DNA of 64,000 nt from a virus (IMGVR_UViG_3300020049_011574:452-64451); one strand, 5' to 3'. Positions 45,622-56,599 are shown, counted from the first letter of the stretch. Notes: generated by a model not told the origin, from the sequence alone. Numbers and translations: made by a program.

Positions 45622-48600
45622 TTAGAAAAAAGGGAACCAATTACCTGTATTGGTAGACACTAAAGGAACATCTATAAGCACAAGTAGCACCGAAGCTGTT
45701 ACACGCGATGTGGTCCAAGTAAATGTTGTTGATTGAGAACCAGTAGATAATAAGGGTTTTGCAGCAACTTTAAGACCTGCCGAAACCCCTTGAACTGTTG
45801 TGTAATCCTCTTGAAATCCGTTAGTTGGCGTGCCAATACTTGCACCCATACCACCATTACCTGTTATTGCACCTATAGCAATTGCAGGGGAAGCGGTATT
45901 CGTTACCCCGGAACCAGTCGTTGCCGAAGTTCCAGAAGCTGTACCATTTGTATCAGTAACATCTAAAGTTGGAGTTCCAGTGAATCCAGCAATTTCATAA
46001 GCATGTTCTTGCACACCACGAGTTGTCACCCATGATATAGGAATTGTTGTTTCTCCACCTGTAGCGATTTTCCACCAAACGTAAAGATAAGATGAAGTAC
46101 CTTGTACTTTAAAAACAGCTTGAGTATATCCACTAGGAGGGGTAATTGTTGAAGGGTCTGAGACAGATTCCCACATAGCAACTAGAGCATTACCAGCAAC
46201 TGCTGGATTACTTAAAGTAGCGGTGATAGATGTACCTGTTACAACACCTGGGTTAGCCGCTTGTTTTATGTAAAGCTGTGTTGGTAGAGTTGTGTTAATA
46301 ATATTTGTTGTATTAGAAACAAGTATTGAGTTTGCACCAGCGTAATATTTGTAAGGAATAGTAGATGTTAAGTCTTGTATCACTTGATAATCCATTACAG
46401 GAGGAGCGCCAACTAAAGTGACTGTTGCTGTTGTACCTGGAGTAGCACCATTTACGGCTATACGTCCGTCCCCTGCTCGAGCAAAAGCACCATTAATTGT
46501 TACTGTTGCAGCATTAGTAGAAGATTCTGTGAAAGTGTTTGCACCAAAAGTTTTAGTTGTAAAATCAACATCGAGAACAATACCAGTACCGTCATCGAGT
46601 ACATTGTTCCTGATCTGTGCCCGATAAAAGTTACCGACTGCATTATATAGACCTGACCCACCACCGCTTGCACCATTATTGACTGAACCAATCTCTAGCG
46701 GAGACGTACTATCTTTTATATTAGTCATAGCATTTGTCAGATCAGTACCTAATTGTGTCCAACTTGAAGGCATACTTGAACTATCAGCAGCGGTAAAGAA
46801 TTGCACTCGTCTATCACTCACACGGTAGGTGAATCTAACCCATCCTGCTTGTCCTGCCGTGAAGCTATGAGCTGCGGTTGATGTTGACTCAATACCACCG
46901 CCAGCCGAGTTATATAAGCTACAAGATAATGTATTACTAGCACCAGTAGCGAATAGATACGAACCTTGACTACCTGCACCTACATATTTACCTATAAGCA
47001 CTTGGTTAGCGGTTGACCAAGCATCTAACGATACCCTTACTCGTATGTCTATATCGCCTGTAATTGATAAAGCAGCCGTATCGGGCGTAGAAGCGTAGTT
47101 GCCAGCTACCCCAGGTAAACGTAGGTAACCAAAATTTACGCCAGAAGGCAGCCCATTATGAATCTTAGGAATTGATCCAGTTGAGATTGAAAGAATCTTA
47201 CCAGGGGACATTAATAGTTGATAAATTTCCATACTAGAATTTAAGCCTAAGCCAGGAGAGTTACCTGTTGTTGTCGGAGCGGCCGTATTTTGGATAACTC
47301 CATATGTAGCTGTTCCACCAACAATATTCACTTGACCAGCAGCATTGAGGACATAAATAGTAGCGTTCTGCATTTGCAAATTAGCAGCAGGAGCTGAATT
47401 TGTCCAACCAATACCACTAGAGGCAAGTTGAATTTCCCAAGTGCCTGTTCCACCTTGTAATAAAGTAAATGTTGAAGCAACAGTAAAGGTCTGTGCTCCA
47501 ATATTAAAATTATTTGCATAAAATGATCCGTAGTTGAAAGTAATAGTTTTGTTTGATACAGATTCTTTCATATCATCTAAAGCAGTGTAGATAGCACCTG
47601 GAGCGTTGAATGCTAAAGCCCCATAATGCAAGCCATTTGAATGAATAGTATAATTACCATTTCGACCAGCAAAAGTCCAACCACCAGTAGAGTTAACATC
47701 TATTATTGTTGTGCCATAAATACTTAAGTTACCATAAACTGCATTATTCATACCAGAACTTCCACCTATAGTAGTTCCAGTACGATTTGTTCCCGTAGTG
47801 TCAATATTCCGGGCAGTACGCGGCATGTCGAATTGAAGACGTTGATTTGTTAAAGAAAAACTATTAACGTCAACATAAACATCATCTTGTGGTAGGGGTA
47901 TTGATGCTCCACCAGAACCACCAGAAGTTGTTGACCAGTGAGATGTATCTGAACTTAAACCAGAATTACCTATCCAGTAACGGTTTACTCCACCCGCACC
48001 ATTAGGTGTTCCTGAATTTACTGTAGGTATAAAGCCCGCATTACCTAAGCCATCACCGAGAGAAGTCCCCGTTACAGAAGTTAAAGAGTTGGCTTTGAAA
48101 TCATCAAAAGTTCCAGGACCACTTAAGGCGTATAGCCCTGCTTTAGTTCCTGTTGGGAGAGTTGCAAACACATTGGCATATTTAATTACACCATCCACAA
48201 GGACAATGACACTATTTCCTTGAACACGTAAACCTATTGTTGCATTATTAGTCCAACCTAGGTTTAGTGAAGTATTCAGAATATCTACTGCTCCTATACG
48301 AACTATAATTGTACAAAATGCTGTACCAAAAGTTTGGCGTACAGCAACATAATTATCTACATCTACATATCGGGCCACAACACCAAAATAACCACCTGTA
48401 GAGTTAAGTTTCGAATATACTACATGATCTTGTGTGCTTAAATCTACGGTAGCAAAGCCTGTAGCAACAGTTACAGCATTTGAAGCTATCGCCCAAGTTC
48501 CACTATTAGCTGTCCAAGCAAGCGCAGAACCGCCAGTAGCAGCATCAGTAGTACCTAAAGATCCATTTGCACGATTAAATGAATCAGAAGTAATAGTAGA

Positions 48601-49569
48601 ACCATCAGGTAACACCGTAATAATATCCATGATATCAGTATTAGTTATATTAAAAGTCGCAGCCTGAATATATCGAGTTGTTCCAACAACACTACTTTGC
48701 ATTCCTATACGGTCAGCAGTAGAGTTTCCAGTACATGTAAATGTTCCTGAACAGTAAACAGTGCTTTGAATATTTAAACTATCTTTTTTAGCAGCTGTTC
48801 CTGTACGGGTATAATTGACACATATCAAAGCTCCTAATTGCATTATGCCTGTAGAGTTAGATACAACATTGCCCCACGTGTAACCACCAAAATTACCTGC
48901 GTTAACACCAGCATTCACAATGAGAGTTGAAGCAGCATTAATAGAAGCTGTTTTGTTTGTACCGACTAGGTTAATTGGAGTATTTGTTGTCGTAAGTGTC
49001 CAAGTAGTTGTAGCACCAATAGTCATTACTCCAGCACCCGCACCAGTACTTACTAAAGTACCAGTAGTCATACTGAAACCGCCAGTGTCAAAAGATCCTG
49101 CTGTCCAAGTAAAAGCAACGGTAGTGGTTAAAGCATCGTTAAATAGATAGTTACTTCCAACACCATTAATGTTTGTTGAATTTAATGATTTACCTGCGGT
49201 TATAATATTTTGTTGTGTAGCAGATGTAGAAACAAAGTTAATAATAAAACCTGAAAATGTTGTAGTCATTAAAGGCACGAATTTCAGAGCCAGATTACTA
49301 GGCCCAGGAGTAGAAGTTCCAATATTTAATTGCGAAGCTCCCGATACAGCAGATAAAGTCCCTGTATAACCTGTACAATCAAATGAACGACAAGATAAAG
49401 TAGATGACGTAGCAAAAGTCATCGGATTATTAGTAGCACCAGTACCAGAACCCAATTGGACATCATCTGCTGAAGTAGGAGGAGAAGCTTGTGCAACACC
49501 ACCAACCGACCAGTTAGAACCTACAGTAGGTACAGCGCTAGTGTTTCCAGTCCATACGAAAACAGCCAC
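45622..49569 (-). CDS. Large multi-domain virion fibre/adhesin (LamG/concanavalin-like and beta-helix modules)
   Basis: 1315 aa; ASTPDTAALSITGDIDIRVRV LamG-like segment; two W.GN...W...P...DDV modules. Confidence 0.7.
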   Translation of the reverse strand: MAVFVWTGNTSAVPTVGSNWSVGGVAQASPPTSADDVQLGSGTGATNNPMTFATSSTLSCRSFDCTGYTGTLSAVSGASQLNIGTSTPGPSNLALKFVPLMTTTFSGFIINFVSTSATQQNIITAGKSLNSTNINGVGSNYLFNDALTTTVAFTWTAGSFDTGGFSMTTGTLVSTGAGAGVMTIGATTTWTLTTTNTPINLVGTNKTASINAASTLIVNAGVNAGNFGGYTWGNVVSNSTGIMQLGALICVNYTRTGTAAKKDSLNIQSTVYCSGTFTCTGNSTADRIGMQSSVVGTTRYIQAATFNITNTDIMDIITVLPDGSTITSDSFNRANGSLGTTDAATGGSALAWTANSGTWAIASNAVTVATGFATVDLSTQDHVVYSKLNSTGGYFGVVARYVDVDNYVAVRQTFGTAFCTIIVRIGAVDILNTSLNLGWTNNATIGLRVQGNSVIVLVDGVIKYANVFATLPTGTKAGLYALSGPGTFDDFKANSLTSVTGTSLGDGLGNAGFIPTVNSGTPNGAGGVNRYWIGNSGLSSDTSHWSTTSGGSGGASIPLPQDDVYVDVNSFSLTNQRLQFDMPRTARNIDTTGTNRTGTTIGGSSGMNNAVYGNLSIYGTTIIDVNSTGGWTFAGRNGNYTIHSNGLHYGALAFNAPGAIYTALDDMKESVSNKTITFNYGSFYANNFNIGAQTFTVASTFTLLQGGTGTWEIQLASSGIGWTNSAPAANLQMQNATIYVLNAAGQVNIVGGTATYGVIQNTAAPTTTGNSPGLGLNSSMEIYQLLMSPGKILSISTGSIPKIHNGLPSGVNFGYLRLPGVAGNYASTPDTAALSITGDIDIRVRVSLDAWSTANQVLIGKYVGAGSQGSYLFATGASNTLSCSLYNSAGGGIESTSTAAHSFTAGQAGWVRFTYRVSDRRVQFFTAADSSSMPSSWTQLGTDLTNAMTNIKDSTSPLEIGSVNNGASGGGSGLYNAVGNFYRAQIRNNVLDDGTGIVLDVDFTTKTFGANTFTESSTNAATVTINGAFARAGDGRIAVNGATPGTTATVTLVGAPPVMDYQVIQDLTSTIPYKYYAGANSILVSNTTNIINTTLPTQLYIKQAANPGVVTGTSITATLSNPAVAGNALVAMWESVSDPSTITPPSGYTQAVFKVQGTSSYLYVWWKIATGGETTIPISWVTTRGVQEHAYEIAGFTGTPTLDVTDTNGTASGTSATTGSGVTNTASPAIAIGAITGNGGMGASIGTPTNGFQEDYTTVQGVSAGLKVAAKPLLSTGSQSTTFTWTTSRVTASVLLVLIDVPLVSTNTGNWFPFF

Positions 49570-49815
49570 TTATTCCTCCTCAGAAGGAATTTCTTCTGCT
49601 GGAAGATTGCGTAAATATTCCCAATGAGCGTTATAACGTTCTTGTTGCATTGCTTCACGTTCCGTTGCACTAGTGTTACGAAATTCTGCTGCATTTGAAA
49701 ATACGAGTGAACTACGAAAAAGTGTGCCATCTGAATTTACAATTGAAAAAGGCCATATAATATTTTCTTCTTTAATTTCCATTATGCTTCCTGACTTAAT
49801 GCAAGTAATACCCAT
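49570..49815 (-). CDS. Hypothetical protein (DUF7936-like spacer between fibres)
   Basis: About 80 aa; MQQERYNAHWEYL. Confidence 0.55.
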   Translation of the reverse strand: MGITCIKSGSIMEIKEENIIWPFSIVNSDGTLFRSSLVFSNAAEFRNTSATEREAMQQERYNAHWEYLRNLPAEEIPSEEE

Positions 49816-51974
49816 TTAGTTAGATTTGCATCCCACTCAAAACCAAGTTCTAAACGTTTACTTAAAATTGTTGTTGTAGGTAAAGCTACGCCACCTTTAG
49901 CAACATAATTAGTTCCGAAAGTTATTGCTCTTGCAGTACCGTTATCAGTAATAACAATCTGTATTTTCTCCCCTGCCGTAGGAGTTGATGTTGAATGATT
50001 AGCAATATTGATAGCTGCTGCTTGGGCAGAGATCATAAAGTAATCGTAAGTGTCGATCTCTGGAGTTAATGTCGCAGTAGATGTTGTTGAGTATGCTCTC
50101 ATTTGACGGCGTTTGTTTGTTACTGTTTGAGCAGCATCGACTGTCATTACTGATTTAGTTGTATTACCTGGAGCTTGAATAGTCACTCCACCAGCAGCAG
50201 TGATACGCATACGTTCTTTAGAAGAAGTAGTTCCATCAGTATGAAATACCAAATCTTTAGTTGATTGTGTACCTATAGATAGATTTCCACCGTTGGAATA
50301 AACATAAGAATCTAAAGGCCCACCAATATTATAAGCAGCGTCACTATAAGTGCTTGAGTTGATACCAATATCTATATAATTGATTGAATCAGTACCCGTA
50401 TCAGCCGTAGCAACAAGATCCGAAGAAGCACTACTACCACTAGATTGATTCTGGATGTTAAGTTGTACAACACCATTTGCACTATTTGAAGCATTAAGTG
50501 CAGGGTTAGCAATAGATAACGGCGTAGTCCCATTTAAGCCCATTAAAAGAGCACCAGTCATAGTGTCGCCAGATTTAGCAACTTTCAGAGCATTAGCAGT
50601 ATCTACATAATTCTTAGTTGCTGCCTCTTGAGGATTAGTTGGATTCAGAAGGTTAATGATCTTTTGAGAACCTAAACTTACCGATGCGGTAGGTGTAGCA
50701 AATTCGTCTAAACGATACGATTTAATGATATTGCCTACAGGAGTTGTATTAACAAGAGTTGCAGCATTACCAACTGAAGTCACATCACCAGTCAAATTAG
50801 CATTCGTAGTTACTGTTGCAGCATTGCCACTTATAGATCCAACAATTGTGGATGAGAATGTTTTAACACCAGTAATAGTTTCAGCACCAGTATTGTGTAC
50901 GACTGTAGAGTCATCAGCTTTTAAATTAAGTGCCGTTAAAGTAGCAGTAGAAATGGGTTTATTAGCATCTGAAGTATCTTCAGCATTACCTAAACCAACA
51001 TCTGATTTGGTTACAGTTACATTTGAACTTAAAGCATGACCATTCACTGTACGAGTCACAGGAACTCCGCCTAAACTCACCAAAGTTTGATCCCCAGTAT
51101 TTGTACCGGAAGTGTTAGAAAGCTTTGTACGCTCCCCTACAGTAAGAAAAAGATGAACTGTTCCTTCAACGATGTCATCAGAATCATCGCTTATCTTATT
51201 AAATAAATTTGCAATGCTCGGGATAGTTGGTTTATTTAGAATTTCTGCATCACCAGAAACAGCATTCCAATCAGCATTAACATTTACTTCAGCGCCAGCA
51301 GCGATACCCGTTAATTTCGTACGCTCAGTAGCTAAAAAGAATTTTTTAGCAGCAGATTCAACAATATCATCAGAATCATCAGTAACTTTATCAAATTTAT
51401 CACCAAGAGCAGCAAATATACCGCCAACAGTAAAACTAAATCGAGTAACAACAGCATCAAGAGCTTCCTGAACATTATTACTAGCTAAACCAGCATCCAT
51501 ACTTACAAAATAAGTATCATCAAAAGGCACATCTATAGCATCTTGATCCCCAGTATTAACCCCAGAAAGATTCACTCCAGAAATATTCCCAGAAGCAACA
51601 ATAGAAGTAGGAGTTATAGCTCCCAAAGAAATAGTTAAAGTAGGGGTAGTTGTCGCATTTGTAACATTTCCAGTAACACCATTAGCATTAGTAAAAACAA
51701 AAGCAGTAACCGTACCTCCACCACCACCGCTACCTCCACCAATATAAAGATCCCAATCAAGCGGAGAAGTAAGAGGATTATCACCAACAGTAGGACGCAA
51801 AGCAATATAAGCAGCACCACCATACTGAACCTGATCGCCAGTGTTATAATTATGAGAATTAACCCATGGCAAAATAGAAAAAGTAATACCTACATCTTCA
51901 CAAGTAGGCAAAATAATTTCGACAGGCTCTTCACCTATCAACTCTATACGAACTTCACATTCTTCACCAGCCAT
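49782..51974 (-). CDS. Fibre-like virion protein with a CBM5/12-like motif
   Basis: PWVNSHNYNTGDQVQYGGAAYIA...P....W; two DDSDDIVE repeats; C-domain shared with 31615..33099. Confidence 0.7.
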   Translation of the reverse strand: MAGEECEVRIELIGEEPVEIILPTCEDVGITFSILPWVNSHNYNTGDQVQYGGAAYIALRPTVGDNPLTSPLDWDLYIGGGSGGGGGTVTAFVFTNANGVTGNVTNATTTPTLTISLGAITPTSIVASGNISGVNLSGVNTGDQDAIDVPFDDTYFVSMDAGLASNNVQEALDAVVTRFSFTVGGIFAALGDKFDKVTDDSDDIVESAAKKFFLATERTKLTGIAAGAEVNVNADWNAVSGDAEILNKPTIPSIANLFNKISDDSDDIVEGTVHLFLTVGERTKLSNTSGTNTGDQTLVSLGGVPVTRTVNGHALSSNVTVTKSDVGLGNAEDTSDANKPISTATLTALNLKADDSTVVHNTGAETITGVKTFSSTIVGSISGNAATVTTNANLTGDVTSVGNAATLVNTTPVGNIIKSYRLDEFATPTASVSLGSQKIINLLNPTNPQEAATKNYVDTANALKVAKSGDTMTGALLMGLNGTTPLSIANPALNASNSANGVVQLNIQNQSSGSSASSDLVATADTGTDSINYIDIGINSSTYSDAAYNIGGPLDSYVYSNGGNLSIGTQSTKDLVFHTDGTTSSKERMRITAAGGVTIQAPGNTTKSVMTVDAAQTVTNKRRQMRAYSTTSTATLTPEIDTYDYFMISAQAAAINIANHSTSTPTAGEKIQIVITDNGTARAITFGTNYVAKGGVALPTTTILSKRLELGFEWDANLTKWVLLALSQEA

Positions 51975-52366
51975 TAGCTAAAATCCGCCGTTCCACGACC
52001 ATGAATAATAAAAGGTTGCAGCCAAGAAGCTCCAACCGGACGATCCAAATCATCCAAAACGACAACATCAAAAACATACTTACCAGGCTTCAAATCAAGA
52101 TCATCAGCCGTCAAAGTAGCAAAAGTATAACCCCCATCAACATCAACAGGATTAGTGATAGAAGTAATAGTTTTTTTAAGCAAAGCAAAGCTATCCGCAT
52201 CATTCTCTTGAAGAGTAGTAGCTTTAGTTTTAACAGTCAGAATAAACGTATAACCTGTAATGTCGGGTCTACCAGGAACACGAAGCTTTATAGTCCGAGG
52301 AAAACCCCTACGAAAAACAAGAACGTCGTCGGCAGCACAACCACAGTCGCAACCAGGAAGTGTCAT
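51974..52366 (-). CDS. BppU-N-like virion accessory protein
   Basis: FRRG...DITGYTFILTVK...LKPGKYVFDVVV pattern. Confidence 0.6.
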   Translation of the reverse strand: MTLPGCDCGCAADDVLVFRRGFPRTIKLRVPGRPDITGYTFILTVKTKATTLQENDADSFALLKKTITSITNPVDVDGGYTFATLTADDLDLKPGKYVFDVVVLDDLDRPVGASWLQPFIIHGRGTADFS

Positions 52367-52384
52367 AAATGCCTTTCCAGCCCA

Positions 52385-53314
52385 TTACTCAGGAACTACA
52401 ACATCAGGAATAACAACCTTAATCGCCGCATGACAACAACCCCAAGACCACATATACATGCCATCAAGAGTCGTATAAGCATTATTCAAAGAAGCATCAA
52501 CATAAGACAAAGGCTTAACATCAACAGCAGCACGAACCAAAATAGGGCTAGTAGCATAAATGCAAGCAACCGTACCATCATTGGGACTCAAAGTAGTAGG
52601 GCCAGCACCAAAAGTGCCAGGGCCACGACCATCATAACCACACTCAGAAACAACATCATTGCCATTCCAAGTACGTCTACGATCACCATCAGCAAAAATG
52701 ATACTTTGATCACCAGCATGATCCATAACACGTCCAGGGACATGAATAAGACCACCTTCAGGTGAACAACACTTCAAATAACTGTCAAGCGCAGCAATAC
52801 CCTCATTCAAAGGAACAGCTTCACCAGAAACAGTAAGATCAACAAGTCCAGAACCAGTACGAGCTAAATAGCGATTACCGTTAAAATCAGCACCACCAGC
52901 ACGAGAACTAACACCAGACCAAATTTCAGCACTAATCTTAGCGAAAATTTGAGCATCAAATTGTTCTTTAGCATACTGTTCAAACAGAGGAATATCGATC
53001 TTTCCGTCTTTACCACGAATATCAACACCCCAAGTACTACACATAATTTGAGAAGAAATATTTAAAGCACGACCAGAATAAACCTTTGGTGTGCCAGGCG
53101 CAAAAGGACGCGTATTTACACAATTACCAGAAGAACTAATTTGTAATTCTGGACAAGGCCCAGTTTCATAAGTCCAACCAGCACCAGTATTCCATCTATC
53201 CTCATCGGAGAGAGGCATCGTTTCGAGTCCTTCGTAAATAACTCCAGACCCAATAGATGCCCTTAACCCCGCGGACGGATGGCTAATCTGTGGAGCAGAT
53301 ATGTTAACAGCCAT
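52385..53314 (-). CDS. Putative minor capsid / decoration protein
   Basis: 309 aa directly after the MCP gene. Confidence 0.55.
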   Translation of the reverse strand: MAVNISAPQISHPSAGLRASIGSGVIYEGLETMPLSDEDRWNTGAGWTYETGPCPELQISSSGNCVNTRPFAPGTPKVYSGRALNISSQIMCSTWGVDIRGKDGKIDIPLFEQYAKEQFDAQIFAKISAEIWSGVSSRAGGADFNGNRYLARTGSGLVDLTVSGEAVPLNEGIAALDSYLKCCSPEGGLIHVPGRVMDHAGDQSIIFADGDRRRTWNGNDVVSECGYDGRGPGTFGAGPTTLSPNDGTVACIYATSPILVRAAVDVKPLSYVDASLNNAYTTLDGMYMWSWGCCHAAIKVVIPDVVVPE

Positions 53315-53392
53315 TCCAACCTCTTTCTAATAAGAAAGGGAGAAAGCCCGCTTTTAAACAGACCTCCACCCTTTCAACTATTCTTCTTCTAA

Positions 53393-55183
53393 TTATGAAC
53401 AAGTAGGAGCAGTTGTTGTTCCACTTTGTGTACCAGTAGGGCAAAGTAGAGTATCAACAATGAACACATGCTTGTTACGGAAACAAGTAGCTTCCAAAAA
53501 TTCGAAGAATAAATGGTAGTTATTAGTTTCAAAGTCTTCTTGAGTACGGAAAACACCAAGATCCAATTGTGGGCCTTTATCGTTGTACACAGCGTCATCA
53601 CGCATGATAGCAATACGAGTTTTAGCATCCCATTTAGGAAGTGTTCCACCAGTACCAATAAGATTTCCGGCACGAGCACCAGCAATACCAGCAGGAGTAC
53701 CAAATTGGTCTTTAGAGTTATAGAAGCTAACAGCAATGTTGTATTTACGAAGAATTTCGAATACAGCATTATCTACTGTCATCATAGTCCCAGAAGTATT
53801 CATCTTGCGAGCAAGATCAACAACTAGAGCCTCTTCAGTACCTTCTTCAAGGAAAACATTGTAACGAACATCTTTTTTAACTCTTTGTGCTTTACGGTCA
53901 GTAGTAACATAACGCAAGATTACGTCTACTAGCTGTTGTGTAGCGCCAAGAGGTTGAGCTGTTTCGTTGAACACGTTAGTTTGTGCAGTTGCATAGTCAT
54001 AGATAGCTTTCAAACGACGCTCTTCAGCAGTTTGAGCCAAATAAACATCAGCAATCTTTTTAGCAGCAGCAACATATTCAGGCCATGACATGTCAACCCA
54101 GTTACCAATTTTAACATTCTCTACAACGAGAGTTTTGTCACAGTTGATAGGGCTTGGACAAGCAAGAGCACCTTCAGTTTTAGGATATGGGCCAGGATCT
54201 AGTTCAGTTCCAGCACCTTCAATATCATCAGCAGCACTATAAGTAGCTGTAACACCGTCCATTGCACCAAAAGCTTCAAGTGATTGATAGAAGCTAGTTC
54301 CACCACCATTTGATTGAACAGAAGGCAATGCAGCATCTACAGGTTCTGAATCTCCACCAATAACACCAAGAGCAAACTCTTGACGACGAGCAACACAAGG
54401 GCCACCAGACGCTTTAAGAGTAGCAAATTGATCAAATTCTTGATTCTTTTCGTCTACCAATTTTTGGAAAGCTTCATCCGCAGTAGCGAAATCTTCAAAT
54501 TTACCAACAACAGGAATAACATCTGAATCGAATTTAAGAGTAGCGATATGTGAACGGACACCTACACCTTGTGCAGTTTTAGGGACACGGTTGATACCTT
54601 GATTGAACATTTGTCCAAAATCTTCGATTTTACGAGAGTTACCATTACTATCAAAAAGTAGTTCTTTTTCACGAGCTTCAGGAGCTGGAGCAGAAACCGC
54701 TTGTGTTTGACGTAGAGGCATTCTTAAAACGCGAGCTGGAGCAGCAGGAGCAGCAAGTTCTTCAGGAGCGTCACCTTCTACAGGAGCGTCACCTTCTGGA
54801 GCATCGCCTTCAACTGGAGCGTCACCTTCAGCAGGAGTATCGCCTTCAGCAGGAGCATCACCCTCAACTGGAGCGTCGCCTTCAGGAGCGTCACCTTCAC
54901 CTTCTGGTTCTGGTTCACCACCTTCAGTACCAAAACCAACAGCAGCATCTAAAGCAGCAAGTTCAGCAAGAGCAGCTTCTGCTTCAACAGCAAGTTCAGC
55001 TTTGCGAGCATTGATTTTTTTGATAGCGTCAGCAAGTACATGAGCATCGTCAACATTTACGTTTCCGTCAGTACCACCGTTACGGTTTGTTTCGTAAGCA
55101 GCGAAAGCGTCAGCATGTAATGCTTCAATCTCGTCGATGCTAAGTTCTGTAAGTTTTTTTAGTCTTTCTAAAATGGTCTTCAT
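53393..55183 (-). CDS. Major capsid protein with N-terminal scaffold-like segment
   Basis: 596 aa, after the protease; helical N-terminus plus acidic repeat linker; T-ending high-expression codons. Confidence 0.8.
   Translation of the reverse strand: MKTILERLKKLTELSIDEIEALHADAFAAYETNRNGGTDGNVNVDDAHVLADAIKKINARKAELAVEAEAALAELAALDAAVGFGTEGGEPEPEGEGDAPEGDAPVEGDAPAEGDTPAEGDAPVEGDAPEGDAPVEGDAPEELAAPAAPARVLRMPLRQTQAVSAPAPEAREKELLFDSNGNSRKIEDFGQMFNQGINRVPKTAQGVGVRSHIATLKFDSDVIPVVGKFEDFATADEAFQKLVDEKNQEFDQFATLKASGGPCVARRQEFALGVIGGDSEPVDAALPSVQSNGGGTSFYQSLEAFGAMDGVTATYSAADDIEGAGTELDPGPYPKTEGALACPSPINCDKTLVVENVKIGNWVDMSWPEYVAAAKKIADVYLAQTAEERRLKAIYDYATAQTNVFNETAQPLGATQQLVDVILRYVTTDRKAQRVKKDVRYNVFLEEGTEEALVVDLARKMNTSGTMMTVDNAVFEILRKYNIAVSFYNSKDQFGTPAGIAGARAGNLIGTGGTLPKWDAKTRIAIMRDDAVYNDKGPQLDLGVFRTQEDFETNNYHLFFEFLEATCFRNKHVFIVDTLLCPTGTQSGTTTAPTCS
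54770..54905 (-). repeat. Imperfect in-frame repeats encoding (P/V/A)EGDA units
   Basis: EGEGDAPEGDAPVEGDAPAEGDTPAEGDAPVEGDAPEGDAPVEGDAP. Confidence 0.9.
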
Positions 55184-55297
55184 CAGATCATCCCTTCATA
55201 GTAATAAGCTTTTTATTGCTACCACTACGTGGGATATGTGCAAAATTTAATTTGTCGCATTCACTACTAAGTAGCCGATATGCGATATATACCTAGA

Positions 55298-56599
55298 TTA
55301 ACTCTTTTTATCCATTGAAGCAAGGATACTACGCATCTCTTCTCTTTCAACTTCTCTATCTAAGGCTTCTAGTTCTTTTTGGGCGCGTCTCATCTCGTTC
55401 ATATTGATAACACGAGCACGAGCATCATGTGCTTCCTGGCGGGCTTTCTCTTCGCATTCAGGACAATCAGGATCTCCCCCAACACCTTCAGCCATCGGGC
55501 CACCACTAGCACGTAAACTACCAAGAGCATAATTTTCTTCAGCAGTAATCGGAGGTGGTAAGAATCCGCAAGTATTAACAAAGTGAGCACCACGGAAAGT
55601 ATGTAGGCGATAATCTATAGAAGTACATCCTGCTAAAGCGCGAGTTGCTTGCTCTACAGTAGTGCCAGGCATAGTACACCCATGAATGGCTATACCGAAC
55701 TCATCTTCCCAAGCAAAAACCTGAGCGAATTGTAAACGAACATCTTCCATACGCGATAAAGTAGATTTAGTGAAAGCTTGCACTTCCATAGAAATCTCAC
55801 GGCTATCCGTAGAAGACAAGTCATCTGGAGCATGTAAACCATCACTAGTCAAAATTCCAGTCATCATAGTAGTACCATCAATGAAATTGGCTCTACCTAT
55901 ATTGAAATCAGCCAGGATAGGTCTATGGCTAGGTTGTAAGGTAACAAATTGGTTATCAAACCCTCTATGTCTCTCTCCCCATCTAACAATATGGCCTGTA
56001 ACTTCACCATCTTGAGCGATATTAACCCTTTGAGCATTCTTGTATTTTAATTTAGTAAAATGCTTAGGGTCATATAGATGTGGCCCAACTGAAGCTTTTA
56101 ACGTCTCATTATTCAACAATTCGATGCGACAATCTTCAAAAGCAGGCTTACCAACAAGAGTAGAAGCCCCAATATGAGCAGTAACCCACTCTACAGCAGC
56201 ACCAGTCTCATCAGCATAAGGAGTAATAGTAACATCACCATCACGAATATCGATAGAATTACCTCTTAAAGAGCCTTCATCTACAAGCTGATATACATTC
56301 TGGCCTTCAGCGGTATCAGAAAAATAACCCATACCATATACGTTTTGTCCATCTATCCAAATATCTTCGATAGATCCAGCAACAACAGCACCTTTATGGC
56401 CTTCGCCACTAACAGTTTGCGCATATAATGTTAAAGGCAACTCCGCCCAAGTAACATTTTTGATAGTACGGTCATCTCTTTTACCCGCACGTTGGCCAAG
56501 TTTAGTTAAAAGACCCTTCCAGGCTTTGCGAGGAGCTGCTTTAGCTTCCGCGATAGCGATTGCTTGAGCAAGTTCTGATCCACAATGTGTGCAATACAT
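55298..56599 (-). CDS. Capsid maturation protease
   Basis: GHKGAVVAGSIEDIW, LRGNSID, STLVGKPAFED; lies between portal and MCP. Confidence 0.75.
   Translation of the reverse strand: MYCTHCGSELAQAIAIAEAKAAPRKAWKGLLTKLGQRAGKRDDRTIKNVTWAELPLTLYAQTVSGEGHKGAVVAGSIEDIWIDGQNVYGMGYFSDTAEGQNVYQLVDEGSLRGNSIDIRDGDVTITPYADETGAAVEWVTAHIGASTLVGKPAFEDCRIELLNNETLKASVGPHLYDPKHFTKLKYKNAQRVNIAQDGEVTGHIVRWGERHRGFDNQFVTLQPSHRPILADFNIGRANFIDGTTMMTGILTSDGLHAPDDLSSTDSREISMEVQAFTKSTLSRMEDVRLQFAQVFAWEDEFGIAIHGCTMPGTTVEQATRALAGCTSIDYRLHTFRGAHFVNTCGFLPPPITAEENYALGSLRASGGPMAEGVGGDPDCPECEEKARQEAHDARARVINMNEMRRAQKELEALDREVEREEMRSILASMDKKS

Noticed and set aside
55184-55297. Hairpins upstream of the capsid gene as a riboswitch
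   Set aside because: Only 4-6 bp stems, no recognisable aptamer; within chance expectation.
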